Assembly: GCA_002269645.1 (NCBI GenBank)
Contig: NIVC01000023.1
Location: forward strand, 62,001-126,000
Reading direction: 5' to 3'
Length of the DNA: 64,000 nt
Source of the DNA: Macrostomum lignano
Lineage: Eukaryota
Part shown: in pieces, positions 1-20,243 of the stretch
Position numbering within the stretch: the stretch's first letter is position 1
Layout: each line of letters begins with the position of its first letter
Position numbers and translations under genes: made by a program
The notes under the pieces: generated by a model
The model's input: only the letters and a program-made list of their open reading frames with translations
Databases searched by the model: none
What the model was told of the DNA's origin: nothing

Positions 1-3000
1 GTCAAATCATGCATTAGGGGGCTTTCTGTAACGTCTTTAAATTATGGTATAGCTGTTGAAATTCTAACAGAGCGTTATGGCAAGTCTGAAGTTATTGTCA
101 GAGATTTAATGCACCGGATCTCTGAGCTGCGCTTGCAGGACACCTCATTGAGGTGCCTGCAGCAGTTTCACGATGATATCTCGGCTAACATGCGGAGTCT
201 AGAATCCCAGGGGGTCTATGCTAGCTCCTATCAATCTCTTCTAGTTCCAACATTACTGGGGAGATGCCCGGCGAGTTTTCGCCTCGATCTGCTTCGAGCG
301 GCTCAGCTTCAGGGTGGAAGCATTTCCACGCTCGGTAGTTTTTTGCAGCAGCTGAAAAGCGAAATAGAAGTGCGTGAGAGTGCTGGAAATCATTGGAGTG
401 CAAAATCAAGTTCTCAACACGGTTCGAACACTGACTCAAAGTCGACGCCAAAGACTCCAATGTCGATGGCATCCACCCTGGTGGTGGTGCCACCGAAGGC
501 TGCCGAGTCCGATTCGAAACACTCTTGCCCCTATTGCAAAGAGTCGCACTCGCCAGAGAGCTGCAATCGGGTTTCGACAGTCAAGGAAAGACGTGAATGC
601 TTAGCCAGCGAGCAGCGTTGTTTTCGATGCTTGCGGCAAGGGCATAGGGTCCCGAAGTGTCGCGATCCCTTAAGGTGCCACATCTGCTCAGGTAGGCATC
701 ACGTCAGTCTCTGCTTTCAGAGTAACTCGCACAGCCAGCCAACAGGCAAAGCTAACAAGGCCAAGGCAGAGCCTACACAGCCACGCCAGAAACAAGTCAC
801 GATTCCACGCAATCAATGTCTTACCGCAGTGGCTCCTGATGTTCCGCAGCTTCAGGACGGCACGGAATCGAGGATCGCGGAGGCAAACTCACCGCAAGAG
901 TTGGCCAGAATGGACAGTGACGGTTCGGTTGTCATGTCCATGTTTATATCGGGAAATCCATCAGTGGCGCTGCCAGTGGCCAAGGCTATCCTTATCAGTT
1001 CAGATGGCCGCAAAGAAATGATGGTGCGCCTTCTCCTCGACACTGCCAGTAACCGAAGCTACATCCGGCAGGATGTGTGTGAGGCTATGGGTCTCGGAGC
1101 TGCTTCCACAGAGACGTTATGCGTGTCCACTTTCGCGGGATTGAACACAACAATACAGTCTGGGAGTGTTGGGTTCTCAATTCGGAAAGTTGATTCATTT
1201 GAGGTCATTGATCTGAAAGCCAATGTGGTGAAAACCATTTGCCAACCTCAGCGTTCAGTCAGGATGAATGAGTTTGAGCACCTGCGCTCTCTTGATCTTG
1301 CAGATCCGTTTGATCCGCGCGATGGGAGCACTCCGATTTCAATCTTGATTGGCTCGGACTTTTACTATCAGATAGTTGGTGATGAGATTATTCGTGGACT
1401 TCACGGCCCGGTCGCTATCTCTTCGAAGCTAGGCTATCTTCTGTGTGGGCCGCTGACAGTAAATACTCGGAGTCGCGTCGATGGCTTGGATGAGGGTCAG
1501 TCGGTCAGCGAAGGAGCCTGCACCAGCACGCCGGTGGTGTGCTGCTTTGCCAGTGGCGGCTCGGATTTGGTGGTTGCCGACAGCCAGGATTTCACGGCAC
1601 TGTGGAGGCTGGATTCGATAGGAATTCTTGACGATCCGCGACCTGCTGCGGCGGAAGATTTTCCATGCAATGCGCAGCTTCGCGAGGGTCGCTATTCGGT
1701 GCAGTTGCCGTGGGCCTATGCCAAAGAGGCGATTGAATTACGGGATCACTTTGATCTGGCAGCACATCGGTTAAGGTCCAGTATGCGCCATTTAGAGCGC
1801 AATCCAGCTAAGTTGGCTCAGTGTGATGGAATCCTCGCCGAGCAGGAAAATCTGGGTATTATAGAGAAGGTCCCAACCACTGAAAGCGCCCAGCCAGCTG
1901 CAATCATTCATTACCTACCGCACAGTTGCGTCTCAAAGTCAGATAGCGAGCATACAAAGCTTCGCATGGTTTTCGACGGATCCGCAAAGGCAAACAGTAC
2001 CGACTTCTCGATTAATGATTTTCTGCTGACGGGACCAGCAAAATTTCCGCTGATTCCCCAGCTGCTTGTCCGGTTCCGCCTCAAGCCAATTGCTGTGCTG
2101 GCGGACATTGAGAAGGCATTTCTGCAAATCGGCATCGATCCAATCGACCGCGACGCACTTCGATTTCTTTGGACTCAAGGTCGCATTGGGGAACCGCGGC
2201 AAGTCGTGCAATACAGATTCTGTAGAGTTCCGTTCGGTCTTTCATGCTCGCCTGGCATTCTGCAGGCCACGATTTCGCAGCATCTTGAGCTGCTTCAAAA
2301 ACGTTTTCCGGAAGTTGTGGGAACTCTCAAGCACAGCTTGTACGTTGACAATTTAGTCACTTGCTGCGACTCGCCTAGTGAGGCGGTAGAGTTTTACACT
2401 CAGACGAAACAGATTTTCGCCATGGCTGGCATGAACATGCGGCAGTGGCAGTCCAACTCGAAAGAGTTTATGGAGGTTCTACCTGCTGCGGACGTAGGGA
2501 GCGCCCAGAAGGTTCTTGGCATTCCATGGGAGGCTGGAGGGGACATTTTTCGCCTAGAATTTTCGAAAATGCTAAACTCCGTCGGCGACGAAATTCCGTC
2601 GAAGAGACTCATGCTTGCGGTTTTAGCCAGGGTTTTTGATCCCCTTGGGTTCATGACTCCCGCCATTGTAATGGTTAAGGCTTGGTTTCAGCAGCTCTGC
2701 AAGGAGAAAGTTCAGTGGGACGACCGCCTTCCCCTGGGTATCGCTACACAGTGGGTGGGGTGGCTGAGCTCGCTGAGAGTCACTTGTCTGGAAATTCCAC
2801 GGTGTGTCATTCCTCGGGAAGCGGACACGCACCTTTGTAAACTGCAGCTTCACGGGTTTTCCGATGCCAGTGAACGGGCATATGCAGCGGTTGTTTATCT
2901 GCGGGTTGTGGATACAAAGCACCACAGTGTTTCAACTCACCTGCTGATCGCAAAATCTAGGGTAGCTCCGCTGGTACCCGTTAGTATCTCCAGACTCGAA

Positions 3001-4992
3001 CTTCTTGGAGCCTTGATATTATCTCGGTTGATAAGCTTCGTATCTATACAGCTTCCCGGGGTTCAGCGGTTCCTGTGGACCGACAGTTCGAATACTTTGC
3101 AGTGGATAAAGTGCGAGTCAAAGCTGCGCCAAGTATTCGTTCAGAACCGGGTTACAGAAATACGGCGATTAACCGACGTCAGCGAGTGGCGGCACATTCC
3201 CGGAGCTGTCAATCCCGCGGATCTTCCATCGCGGGGGTGCTTGCCGAACAGGCTGATGGAGAACGCGTTGTGGCTGAACGGGCCAGAGTTTCTTCGTCAA
3301 GTGGGAAGCAGTTTCAGTGACACCTTCGATTTTCCAGGCAAGCCATCGTCCACGGCAGAGTCACAAAACGACTGTGAAATGCTGCAAGCCGATTATGAAT
3401 CTCGGGTGGAGACTCAGAAGTCACGTGGGGAGGCTCTAGCTATGCCCTCAGTTGGCTCACAGGTGCGCGAGCGCGCAAGAGCAGGCACGCTGCTCAAGGT
3501 TTTTGATATCCAGCGTTTCTCTTCGTGGATCAGGATGACGCGCGTGCTCGGTTGGGTTCATCGCTTTGTTCGCAATGCGCGCAGATCTGCGGCGGAACGA
3601 AGGTTAAATGATCCGTCTGATTTGTCAGCCATCGAAGTTCAGGAAGCGGAGAATTCCTTGTTGCGAGCAGTGCAAGCTTCCGCGTTAGATCCTGAAATTC
3701 AGCATCTTCAGGGTGCTGGGCATCGCACGGCCTTGATCCGTGACTTGAACTTGGTTCTCGGTGAGGACGGTCTTGTTCGATCGGGTGGTCGTCTTCAGGA
3801 TGCGGTGCCATTCGAAACGAACAACCCAGTCTTAATCCCACCGAAACATCCGATTGAGCAGCTGCTTATCCGCCACTGCCACAGCGCAGTTTTCCATGGT
3901 GGTGTTCCTGCGACGTTGTGCAAAATCAGAGAGCGGTTCTGGATTTTAAAGGCCAGACAGCGCGTCAGGCAGGTTTTAGCAGGTTGTGTGACATGTAAGA
4001 TGCTTCAAGGATGTCCATTTTCGGTGCGGTCAGTTCCGCAACTTCCCCGGTTTCGGTTGTCCAGCATTCGGGCGTTTCAGACAGTTGGCCTTGATTATGC
4101 TGGTCCGATCATATATCGGACGGGGGAGGGTGCGGGAGAGAACAAGAAGTCCTATGTTCTTCTTTTCACATGCTCTGCAACTAGGGCAGTTCATTTAGAG
4201 GTCGTGAGAAGCATGGATTGTGATCAAATGCTACACGCCCTTAGGCGTTTTGTTGCTCGAAGAGGGATACCATCTGTAGTCAGTGACAACGCACGCACCT
4301 TTCGAGCCGGAGCTAAATTAATTGGTGCGCAAATTTCCGAAGACTTGCAGGCGTTTTGTTCATCCAGGAAGATCAGCTGGCATTTCATTCCTGAGCGAGC
4401 CCCGTGGTGGGGAGGTTTCTGGGAGAGGCTCATTGGATTAGTGAAGATGTCACTTAAGAAAGCAGCAAAACGTCAACTCCTAGACTTTGATCAGTTAGTG
4501 ACTCTGGTGCTTGAGACCGAAGCAGTGGTGAACTGTCGGCCGCTGCTGTATGTGTCATCTGATGACAGCACCGAGGTTATCACACCGTCGCACTTTATTG
4601 CAGCCGGACGACTCACTCAAGAATCTGGCGGGGTTGAGAATGATGGTGAGTCGTTGCTGCCACTTCCAAGAAGATTAAAGATGCTCAGAGCTGCACTAGA
4701 TTGGTTTTGGCACCAGTGGAAAACAGCCTATCTTCAGGCGCTTCGTGAAAAAGCTTTGAAGGACCATCCTGAAGGTCGTGTGCCACGTGTCGGTGAAATG
4801 GTTCTGCTCGTTGGAGAAGTCCACCAGCCGAGGCTGAGGTGGAGGCTTGGTTTGGTTGAAGAGATTCGCGTTGGCCGTGACGGGGCAGTCCGTTCGGCGG
4901 TCGTCCGAGTGTCGGGTGCTGGGAATTCCCGGCGCTGGGAGCGGGTGAGGAGACCAGTTCAAGCTTTGGTGCCGCTAGAGATTCAGTCTTAA
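1..4992 (+). CDS. BEL/Pao LTR-retrotransposon gag-pol polyprotein (5' truncated by window edge)
   Basis: Frame is open from base 1 (VKSCIRGLSVTSLNYGIAVEILTERYG, gag-like) through the 1627 aa ORF to TAA at 4990-4992. It contains three Cys/His knuckles (CPYCKESHSPESC, CFRCLRQGHRVPKC, CHICSGRHHVSLC), protease LLLDTASNRSY, RT (ADIEKAFLQI, RVPFGLSCSP, LYVDN), RNase H (LHGFSDASERAYAAVVYLR) and integrase HHCC plus DDE (GLDYAGP, VSDNA, GGFWERLI). Order PR-RT-RH-IN in one ORF is typical of BEL/Pao. Confidence 0.97.
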   Translation, partial: VKSCIRGLSVTSLNYGIAVEILTERYGKSEVIVRDLMHRISELRLQDTSLRCLQQFHDDISANMRSLESQGVYASSYQSLLVPTLLGRCPASFRLDLLRAAQLQGGSISTLGSFLQQLKSEIEVRESAGNHWSAKSSSQHGSNTDSKSTPKTPMSMASTLVVVPPKAAESDSKHSCPYCKESHSPESCNRVSTVKERRECLASEQRCFRCLRQGHRVPKCRDPLRCHICSGRHHVSLCFQSNSHSQPTGKANKAKAEPTQPRQKQVTIPRNQCLTAVAPDVPQLQDGTESRIAEANSPQELARMDSDGSVVMSMFISGNPSVALPVAKAILISSDGRKEMMVRLLLDTASNRSYIRQDVCEAMGLGAASTETLCVSTFAGLNTTIQSGSVGFSIRKVDSFEVIDLKANVVKTICQPQRSVRMNEFEHLRSLDLADPFDPRDGSTPISILIGSDFYYQIVGDEIIRGLHGPVAISSKLGYLLCGPLTVNTRSRVDGLDEGQSVSEGACTSTPVVCCFASGGSDLVVADSQDFTALWRLDSIGILDDPRPAAAEDFPCNAQLREGRYSVQLPWAYAKEAIELRDHFDLAAHRLRSSMRHLERNPAKLAQCDGILAEQENLGIIEKVPTTESAQPAAIIHYLPHSCVSKSDSEHTKLRMVFDGSAKANSTDFSINDFLLTGPAKFPLIPQLLVRFRLKPIAVLADIEKAFLQIGIDPIDRDALRFLWTQGRIGEPRQVVQYRFCRVPFGLSCSPGILQATISQHLELLQKRFPEVVGTLKHSLYVDNLVTCCDSPSEAVEFYTQTKQIFAMAGMNMRQWQSNSKEFMEVLPAADVGSAQKVLGIPWEAGGDIFRLEFSKMLNSVGDEIPSKRLMLAVLARVFDPLGFMTPAIVMVKAWFQQLCKEKVQWDDRLPLGIATQWVGWLSSLRVTCLEIPRCVIPREADTHLCKLQLHGFSDASERAYAAVVYLRVVDTKHHSVSTHLLIAKSRVAPLVPVSISRLELLGALILSRLISFVSIQLPGVQRFLWTDSSNTLQWIKCESKLRQVFVQNRVTEIRRLTDVSEWRHIPGAVNPADLPSRGCLPNRLMENALWLNGPEFLRQVGSSFSDTFDFPGKPSSTAESQNDCEMLQADYESRVETQKSRGEALAMPSVGSQVRERARAGTLLKVFDIQRFSSWIRMTRVLGWVHRFVRNARRSAAERRLNDPSDLSAIEVQEAENSLLRAVQASALDPEIQHLQGAGHRTALIRDLNLVLGEDGLVRSGGRLQDAVPFETNNPVLIPPKHPIEQLLIRHCHSAVFHGGVPATLCKIRERFWILKARQRVRQVLAGCVTCKMLQGCPFSVRSVPQLPRFRLSSIRAFQTVGLDYAGPIIYRTGEGAGENKKSYVLLFTCSATRAVHLEVVRSMDCDQMLHALRRFVARRGIPSVVSDNARTFRAGAKLIGAQISEDLQAFCSSRKISWHFIPERAPWWGGFWERLIGLVKMSLKKAAKRQLLDFDQLVTLVLETEAVVNCRPLLYVSSDDSTEVITPSHFIAAGRLTQESGGVENDGESLLPLPRRLKMLRAALDWFWHQWKTAYLQALREKALKDHPEGRVPRVGEMVLLVGEVHQPRLRWRLGLVEEIRVGRDGAVRSAVVRVSGAGNSRRWERVRRPVQALVPLEIQS

Positions 4993-5418
4993 GTCATTTT
5001 TTGTTCGCTGTTCAGCTCGTTTTTCGCGTTTGGCTTCGCTACTGAATTTTCAACTTTCGTCGTTACATCGATAGTCTGTTTGGTTGATTTGGTTGATTAT
5101 GTTAAATTGCGTTGTTTTTTTCTGCGTTGCGTTTGGCGTTTTTTGAGTTTTTGCAATTCTCGTCATTTTTTGCGGTAATTGGGTTTCATTTTCCATCCCG
5201 TTTCGAATTGACATATTATAGTAAAGTCCAAATTAGTTTATCCGCTTTTTCCTTGAGAATCGTTCGTTTCGGTTATTGTTAAATTTAATTAATTTCACTC
5301 AAATATCTCATTTCAATTGATTTCACCATAGTTACACCAAATATACGAGTATTTTCAAAATTGGTGTTAATATTCGAAGGTTAATTTCTGAGAAAAATGC
5401 TTCCCATTTTTGGGGGAG

Positions 5419-5638
5419 TGTCGCGTTCTTTGGTGCATGCATGCTAGTGGAGTGGTTAACTCTATTATCGATTTTATTATTAGCCTATAACCACCCTCTC
5501 CGTCAGTCTTTTCCTATGTACGCACTTGTGAGGGCGGCTACGTACTTGTAGACTGCCCAGCTAGACAGCAAATATAAATCAGTCAGGAGGCCACTGGCCC
5601 GAGCACCTTGCTCTTTCTTAATTGTTATTTTTACAACA
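5419..5638 (+). repeat. 3' LTR (~220 bp, TG...CA)
   Basis: Starts TG directly after the PPT and ends CA (5638; 5641 also possible); AATATAAA at about 5571. The second LTR is not visible, so the right boundary is inferred. Confidence 0.7.
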
Positions 5639-5930
5639 ACAGGGAATAATCCCCTATTTAAAACAGGGATTCCCCTATATACACAGGGATTCCCCTATAT
5701 GAACAGGGATTCCCCTATATGAACAGGGATTCCCCTATATCAACAGGGATTCCCCTATATGAACAGGCAATACCCTATATTAACAGGGAATAATCCCCAT
5801 TTAAAACAGGGATTCCCCTACATCAACAGGGATTGCCCTATATACACAGGGATTCCCCTATATACACAGGGATTCCCCTATATACACAGGGATTCCCCTA
5901 TATAAACAGGGATTCTCCAATAGGATCAAG
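5639..5930. repeat. ~20 bp minisatellite ACAGGGATTCCCCTATAT(AC) in NAE1 intron 1
   Basis: Directly visible tandem units with the palindromic core GGGATTCCC. Confidence 0.92.
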
Positions 5931-5962
5931 GATTCCCTAATATCAATAGATCCGCCTCTCAC

Positions 5963-6625
5963 CTGAGCATCGCAGAACGCCACAAATTCCGGCAGTGGAT
6001 TCTCCAATCGCAAATCCGGCAAAGGATTATCCGGATGCGCCTCCCAAACAAAGTGTTCCCTAGCAACCAGCTGACAAGTGGCCAGCATGCCGTGCTGTTG
6101 ACAGACAATCAGCGGTACATCTCGATCATACAGCAAATCAGACAGCACCAACAGATCGGAATGCCTGACACCGCTAGCAATGACCAAGCTAAATCCGGTG
6201 AAGAATCCCGGATCTCTCTGCAACAGCACGTCCAGTCGGTCTTCTAAGAAATCTCCAATAACATCTTCGTTTAATTCGCGCAAAAGCTCTGCGCACACTT
6301 TAGCCCGCGGCTCGCCAATTCTGGCTAGCTCGACAAAAAAATTCGAACCGCAATCCTCCTCTGTCACGCGGCGATGATCCATTATGGTGAATGAGCCGAC
6401 TCCGGGGAGTACCATGTTCTTCAGTGTCTCAGTGCCAACAGCATTAGCCCCGATTAGAAGCACCCTGGCCTGTTCGATAGCCTGCTGACCGTGATCGCCC
6501 CATAGCCGCAGCTGTCGATCATATTTTTTAGCTTTTGGGGTTGGCAACTGACTGCGCGACCGACCAACTGGGTGACTGTTGATGTTGCTCTTGTTGTTGT
6601 TGTTGTTGTTGTTTGTTGAGGACAT
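5963..6625 (-). CDS. NAE1: NEDD8-activating enzyme E1 regulatory subunit (APPBP1/ULA1), first coding exon
   Basis: KYDRQLRLWGDHGQ...GTETLKNMVLPGVGSF...EAHPDNPLPDLRLENPLPE matches the NAE1 N-terminus. First ATG is at 6625 (the ORF track start at 6637 is TTG). Donor CAG|GTGAG follows 5963 (phase 0, 221 codons). Remaining exons must lie left of the window, beyond the retrotransposon. Confidence 0.93.
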
Positions 6626-6779
6626 TTCATCAGCCAATTATGGGGAATTAATATATTAGTATAGCAGTGGATCCAATATTCAAGAGTTTCTAGTAGTTAT
6701 TATGAATATTAAATAATGGAGATTAAGAATAAAAAAGGTGAACATTGGGGGTCACTCGACAAGGTACACACCTGGAATC

Positions 6780-7080
6780 CCACAGGATGGACATAGGGAA
6801 TCCCTATTAATGTACATTGGGAATCTCTATTGATGTACATTGGGGAATCTCTATTGATGTACATTTGGAATCCCTATTGATACATTGGGAATCCCTATTG
6901 ATGGATATTGGGAATCCCTAATGATGGATATTGGGAATCCCTAATGATGGATATTGGGAATCCCTAATGATGGATATTGGGAATCTTATTGGTGGAGATT
7001 GGGAATCTCTATTGATGGAGGTTGGGAATCGCTATTGATAGACATAGAGAATCCCAATTGATGGACATTGGGAATCCAAA
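6780..7080. repeat. ~22 bp minisatellite ATTGGGAATCCCTATTGATGGAC
   Basis: Tandem units visible between the CCDC57 3' end and the NAE1 start. Confidence 0.88.
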
Positions 7081-7532
7081 AAGAATTTTTTTTTAAATTT
7101 CAAATATTGAAATGTTATACAAAAATGGACTTAGCATTTATTTATTATATAGTTAATGTTTTGTAAATACGTAATAAAAGTACATATCAAACTACAAATT
7201 GAATGATATACACTGATACAAAGCTAGAAGCAAAAGTCCAATGCAGTAAAAGTAGCTTCGTAAACGATAAAATTACAAAAAAAATTTCTGCTCCAGTTAA
7301 CAGTAATAAAAATAGGACGGATTACAAATTGTCAGCCTGCAATCAATGTTTTTCTTATTCGCTAATTAATTTTAACACGTTGCCTGACGCGTTAAAAAGA
7401 TAAACAATAAAAAACTGCTAAATGACGCTACTACAAGTAGGTAGTAAGCAAATTTTGGAATTTTCTTACAAAAACAATCTAAAAATAGCAAATTTAGTAA
7501 CAAAAAAACAATTTTTGTCAGTCGAATTAAAA

Positions 7533-17374
<9,842 letters not shown>

Positions 17375-17539
17375 CTGATTGGATGACAAATCAAAATGGG
17401 GGTTGCGATAATTTCAGAACACGTTTCTATTTCTAGTGTGATGTGTATTAGAAGTAGAAACTGCGACAAAGTAGTGTTTGAATTTAATCATCTGGTAATT
17501 ACAACTATCATATTTCTGTTTATATAGTATACTAATTTC

Positions 17540-17650
17540 AGGCCTTAGAACTGCATACTTAGACCTGATTCACAACCCACCTGGAACAATTTGTGCCCTT
17601 GAGCAAGATACCCCCTCTAGTCCTTGGACCAAACAGCTGTTTACAGTCTT
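17540..17650 (+). mobile_element. Degenerate SINE fragment related to the copy at about 62850-63120
   Basis: CTGGAACAATTTGTGCCCTTGAGCA (17581-17605) matches the reverse complement of about 63024-63048 at 24/25 positions. Confidence 0.55.
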
Positions 17651-19067
17651 AGATAGGCTATATAAAAGCTGCAGCTAAGCTGTGGGTTGTTTAAGTAGGT
17701 TGCAATTTATGAAGTTGCAAGTTCTAGTAGATAAGCTAATTATTGTTTGCATATTGCATAAGATGGGTTTATTACATGCTAAATGAGATTGCTTGCTTGC
17801 ATCTAGAAAATTTAATATGCTTAGCAACCAGTATTATTGCATGTTTAATAATTTAGTTAATTATATTTAAGTTTATTACTATTTACAAAGAATTTATTTT
17901 GATAATATATTCATATTTGCTTGCTAATAGAGCCAGCAATCAATCTGGTTGGCATAAATTGTGGTAAATTAAGGGCAAATGACAAAATTAACAATTTTTC
18001 TTACTTTTTAAAAACATTTTTGATAAAACTTGACAATGTAAAATTTTCTATTTATTATCATTTATATTTATTTTACCTAGATTGTTCTAAATTGTTACCA
18101 AAGATTTTTTAAACTTTTTTTGGGTTAGCTGTAAAAGTAATTCATATTCTTAGTGAAAACCAAGTTGCTTGGCTGATGTATTTCTTGGGGTAATACATGT
18201 GTGAGTATAGACTATATGGGAGCTTGCATATACCTATGTTTATTTTAAGATCTATATCCAACATTAGTATATCATTTAACTGGACCAAACTAAAGCTATA
18301 CAATATTAAAGAGTTAATCAAGTTTGCTAATGACTAAGCATTTAGGCAAAATATATATGTCAAAGTACAAATTGCATTAGATTTAGGTTGAAACCTAAAA
18401 ACATTCAAATACTTTTATTATGTTGTATATTTTCATAACATTGGAATATGCATGTTCATGAGATAGTGCACCTTTTCTATAATATTGTATATTCTTCTAG
18501 TATATTTTTGCTACAATTATAACCTATTATTTCTTAGAAAATACTATATTCAAATGTCCACTAAAATATTTTTGTTTTCAGATTGTGATACAAAATAATA
18601 TTCTTCAAATATATTTGTTTTAAAATAGACTGCTCAACTAGTATAAATTGAAGCCTGAGTGGTCCAAAGAAGGCAACTCACAGGGGCCTACAAACCCACA
18701 AACTTGCAAGCAACATATAGGCTCACTAAATCATTAAGCAGTCTTTAAATTGGCTTATTCATTTCTAAAGGACTAAGAACCCCAATTTGGGAGAATTAAG
18801 AACTACTGAAAGCGAGAATTACTTAGTAGTCTGAGGTAAATTGCCTTGGAGCAGTAAAATGCTTAGAAGCTATGACTATGATCTTGGGAATACCCAGGAC
18901 TAAGAGAACCTTTTGTAAGAGTAAAATAGAAGTATAAGAATAGGGTACACAGTGCCATAGGACTGCTAGGCCAGTAGATAAATAGATATATTACCAGTAC
19001 AAAAATATATATGCTACCAATATAGAAAAAGATATGCTACTAGTATAGAAGTAGATATGCTATTAGC

Positions 19068-20243
19068 CAGTGTTGGGCACTTCCGTTACCGAGTAACTTG
19101 TAAATGGTAACGCAAGTTACTTTTTCGTAAAGCGTTCCTTACGCAAGTTACTTTCCTATTTTGGTAACGGAGTAACGGTAAGTTACTCAAATTTCGGAAG
19201 TCCGTTACAGTTACTTTGCAACAATCGCAATATTTAAATTTAAAACTGATATGCTTAGCTATTACGCCAGTTGTCACATTTTTAGCATTTTTCATTCTTA
19301 AATTCAAAACTAAGTGAATAATATCATACGGTATTACGCTGTAATTAATAAAGAAATACTTGAAACATGTTTTTACTTTGTTATTTTCGGTAAAATATTT
19401 TTGCTTTTCGTTTTTAAGTTAATAAAAATATTTTGTTTAGTTCTTAGAAACAAACAACCAAAGAAAGAAATTCATCTGTAGTCTCCACATATCCACTCAG
19501 TGATCGACGTAGCCAGGAATTTTAATTGGGGGGGGGGGGCGGGTTGACCTGGCTGGCCATGCCTCATGCACCCGCCACGCCCAACCCCACCCCCCCTGGT
19601 GGGGTGTCTTGCAGGTGGGGTGAAGTTGCCGCCCCAACGATTGTTAAGGCGGCCTCCCTGGCTACACCACTAAAGTCCACTGGCACTGCACTGCACTGCA
19701 CAATAATTTAATATTAATGAATTGAAAAATAATTGAAAAAAATTGAAAAAAATTTCAAATAATTGAAAATAAAAAGACTAGTAAAGCAGACTGTAGAGTG
19801 GAGTAAAGCCAGGTACTTATTACGAGCGATGTATTATCAAGGACAACTGAAGTTACGTTAAGTTGTCCTTGTGTATTATAACTTATAATGTTATTAAAAA
19901 TTAAATTGCGTTTTGCCTTTAACGTTTCTGACCTTCAGCTTCTCTTCTTTTTACGGAAAGGGCCTAAAGTGATTAAAATTTAATACAGTTACTGAAATTA
20001 ATTTTGTTGTATTTTTCCTTCTGGCTTTCGCGATCATTTGTGCTGTTCCAGCACATTTGCAATGTTAAAAAAGCAGAAAATTTTGTTTATAACATAGGTA
20101 ACGGAAGTAAGTAACGGAAGTAACTTAAAAGTTACCGGGTTTTTGTTCAAAGTTACTAGGCTAACGTAAGTTACTTTTTAAAAAGTGGTAACTTAAGTTA
20201 CAGTAACGCAAGTTACTTTTTTTGAGTAACTTGCCCAACACTG
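19068..20243. mobile_element. Non-autonomous hAT-type element (MITE)
   Basis: 12 bp TIR CAGTGTTGGGCA...TGCCCAACACTG, perfect 8 bp TSD CTATTAGC (19060-19067 and 20244-20251), dense subterminal GTAAC/GTTAC repeats. Confidence 0.93.
19498..19673. mobile_element. Small hAT-like MITE nested in the 19068-20243 element
   Basis: Ends CAGTG(ATCGA)CGTAGCCAGG and CCTGGCTACACCACTA; GC-rich interior within AT-rich context; only a partial TSD (TCCACT on both sides). Confidence 0.6.

Larger units (their letters stand above)
1..5638 (+). mobile_element. BEL/Pao LTR retrotransposon, 3' part (ORF, T-rich 3' UTR, PPT, 3' LTR)
   Basis: ORF as above; purine tract GGGGGAG at 5412-5418 immediately followed by TGTCGCG at 5419; LTR ends about ...TTACAACA at 5638, where the host minisatellite resumes. 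5' LTR is outside the window. Confidence 0.9.

Noticed and set aside
221-4962. Short overlapping and antisense ORFs within the retrotransposon
   Set aside because: Shadows of the GC-balanced gag-pol frame; no motifs.
4993-5411. Possible env or extra ORF between integrase and the 3' LTR
   Set aside because: About 420 bp, T-rich, no ORF of 60 codons or more.
6637-6637. NAE1 start at 6637 as given in the ORF track
   Set aside because: The codon there is TTG; the first ATG in frame is at 6625.
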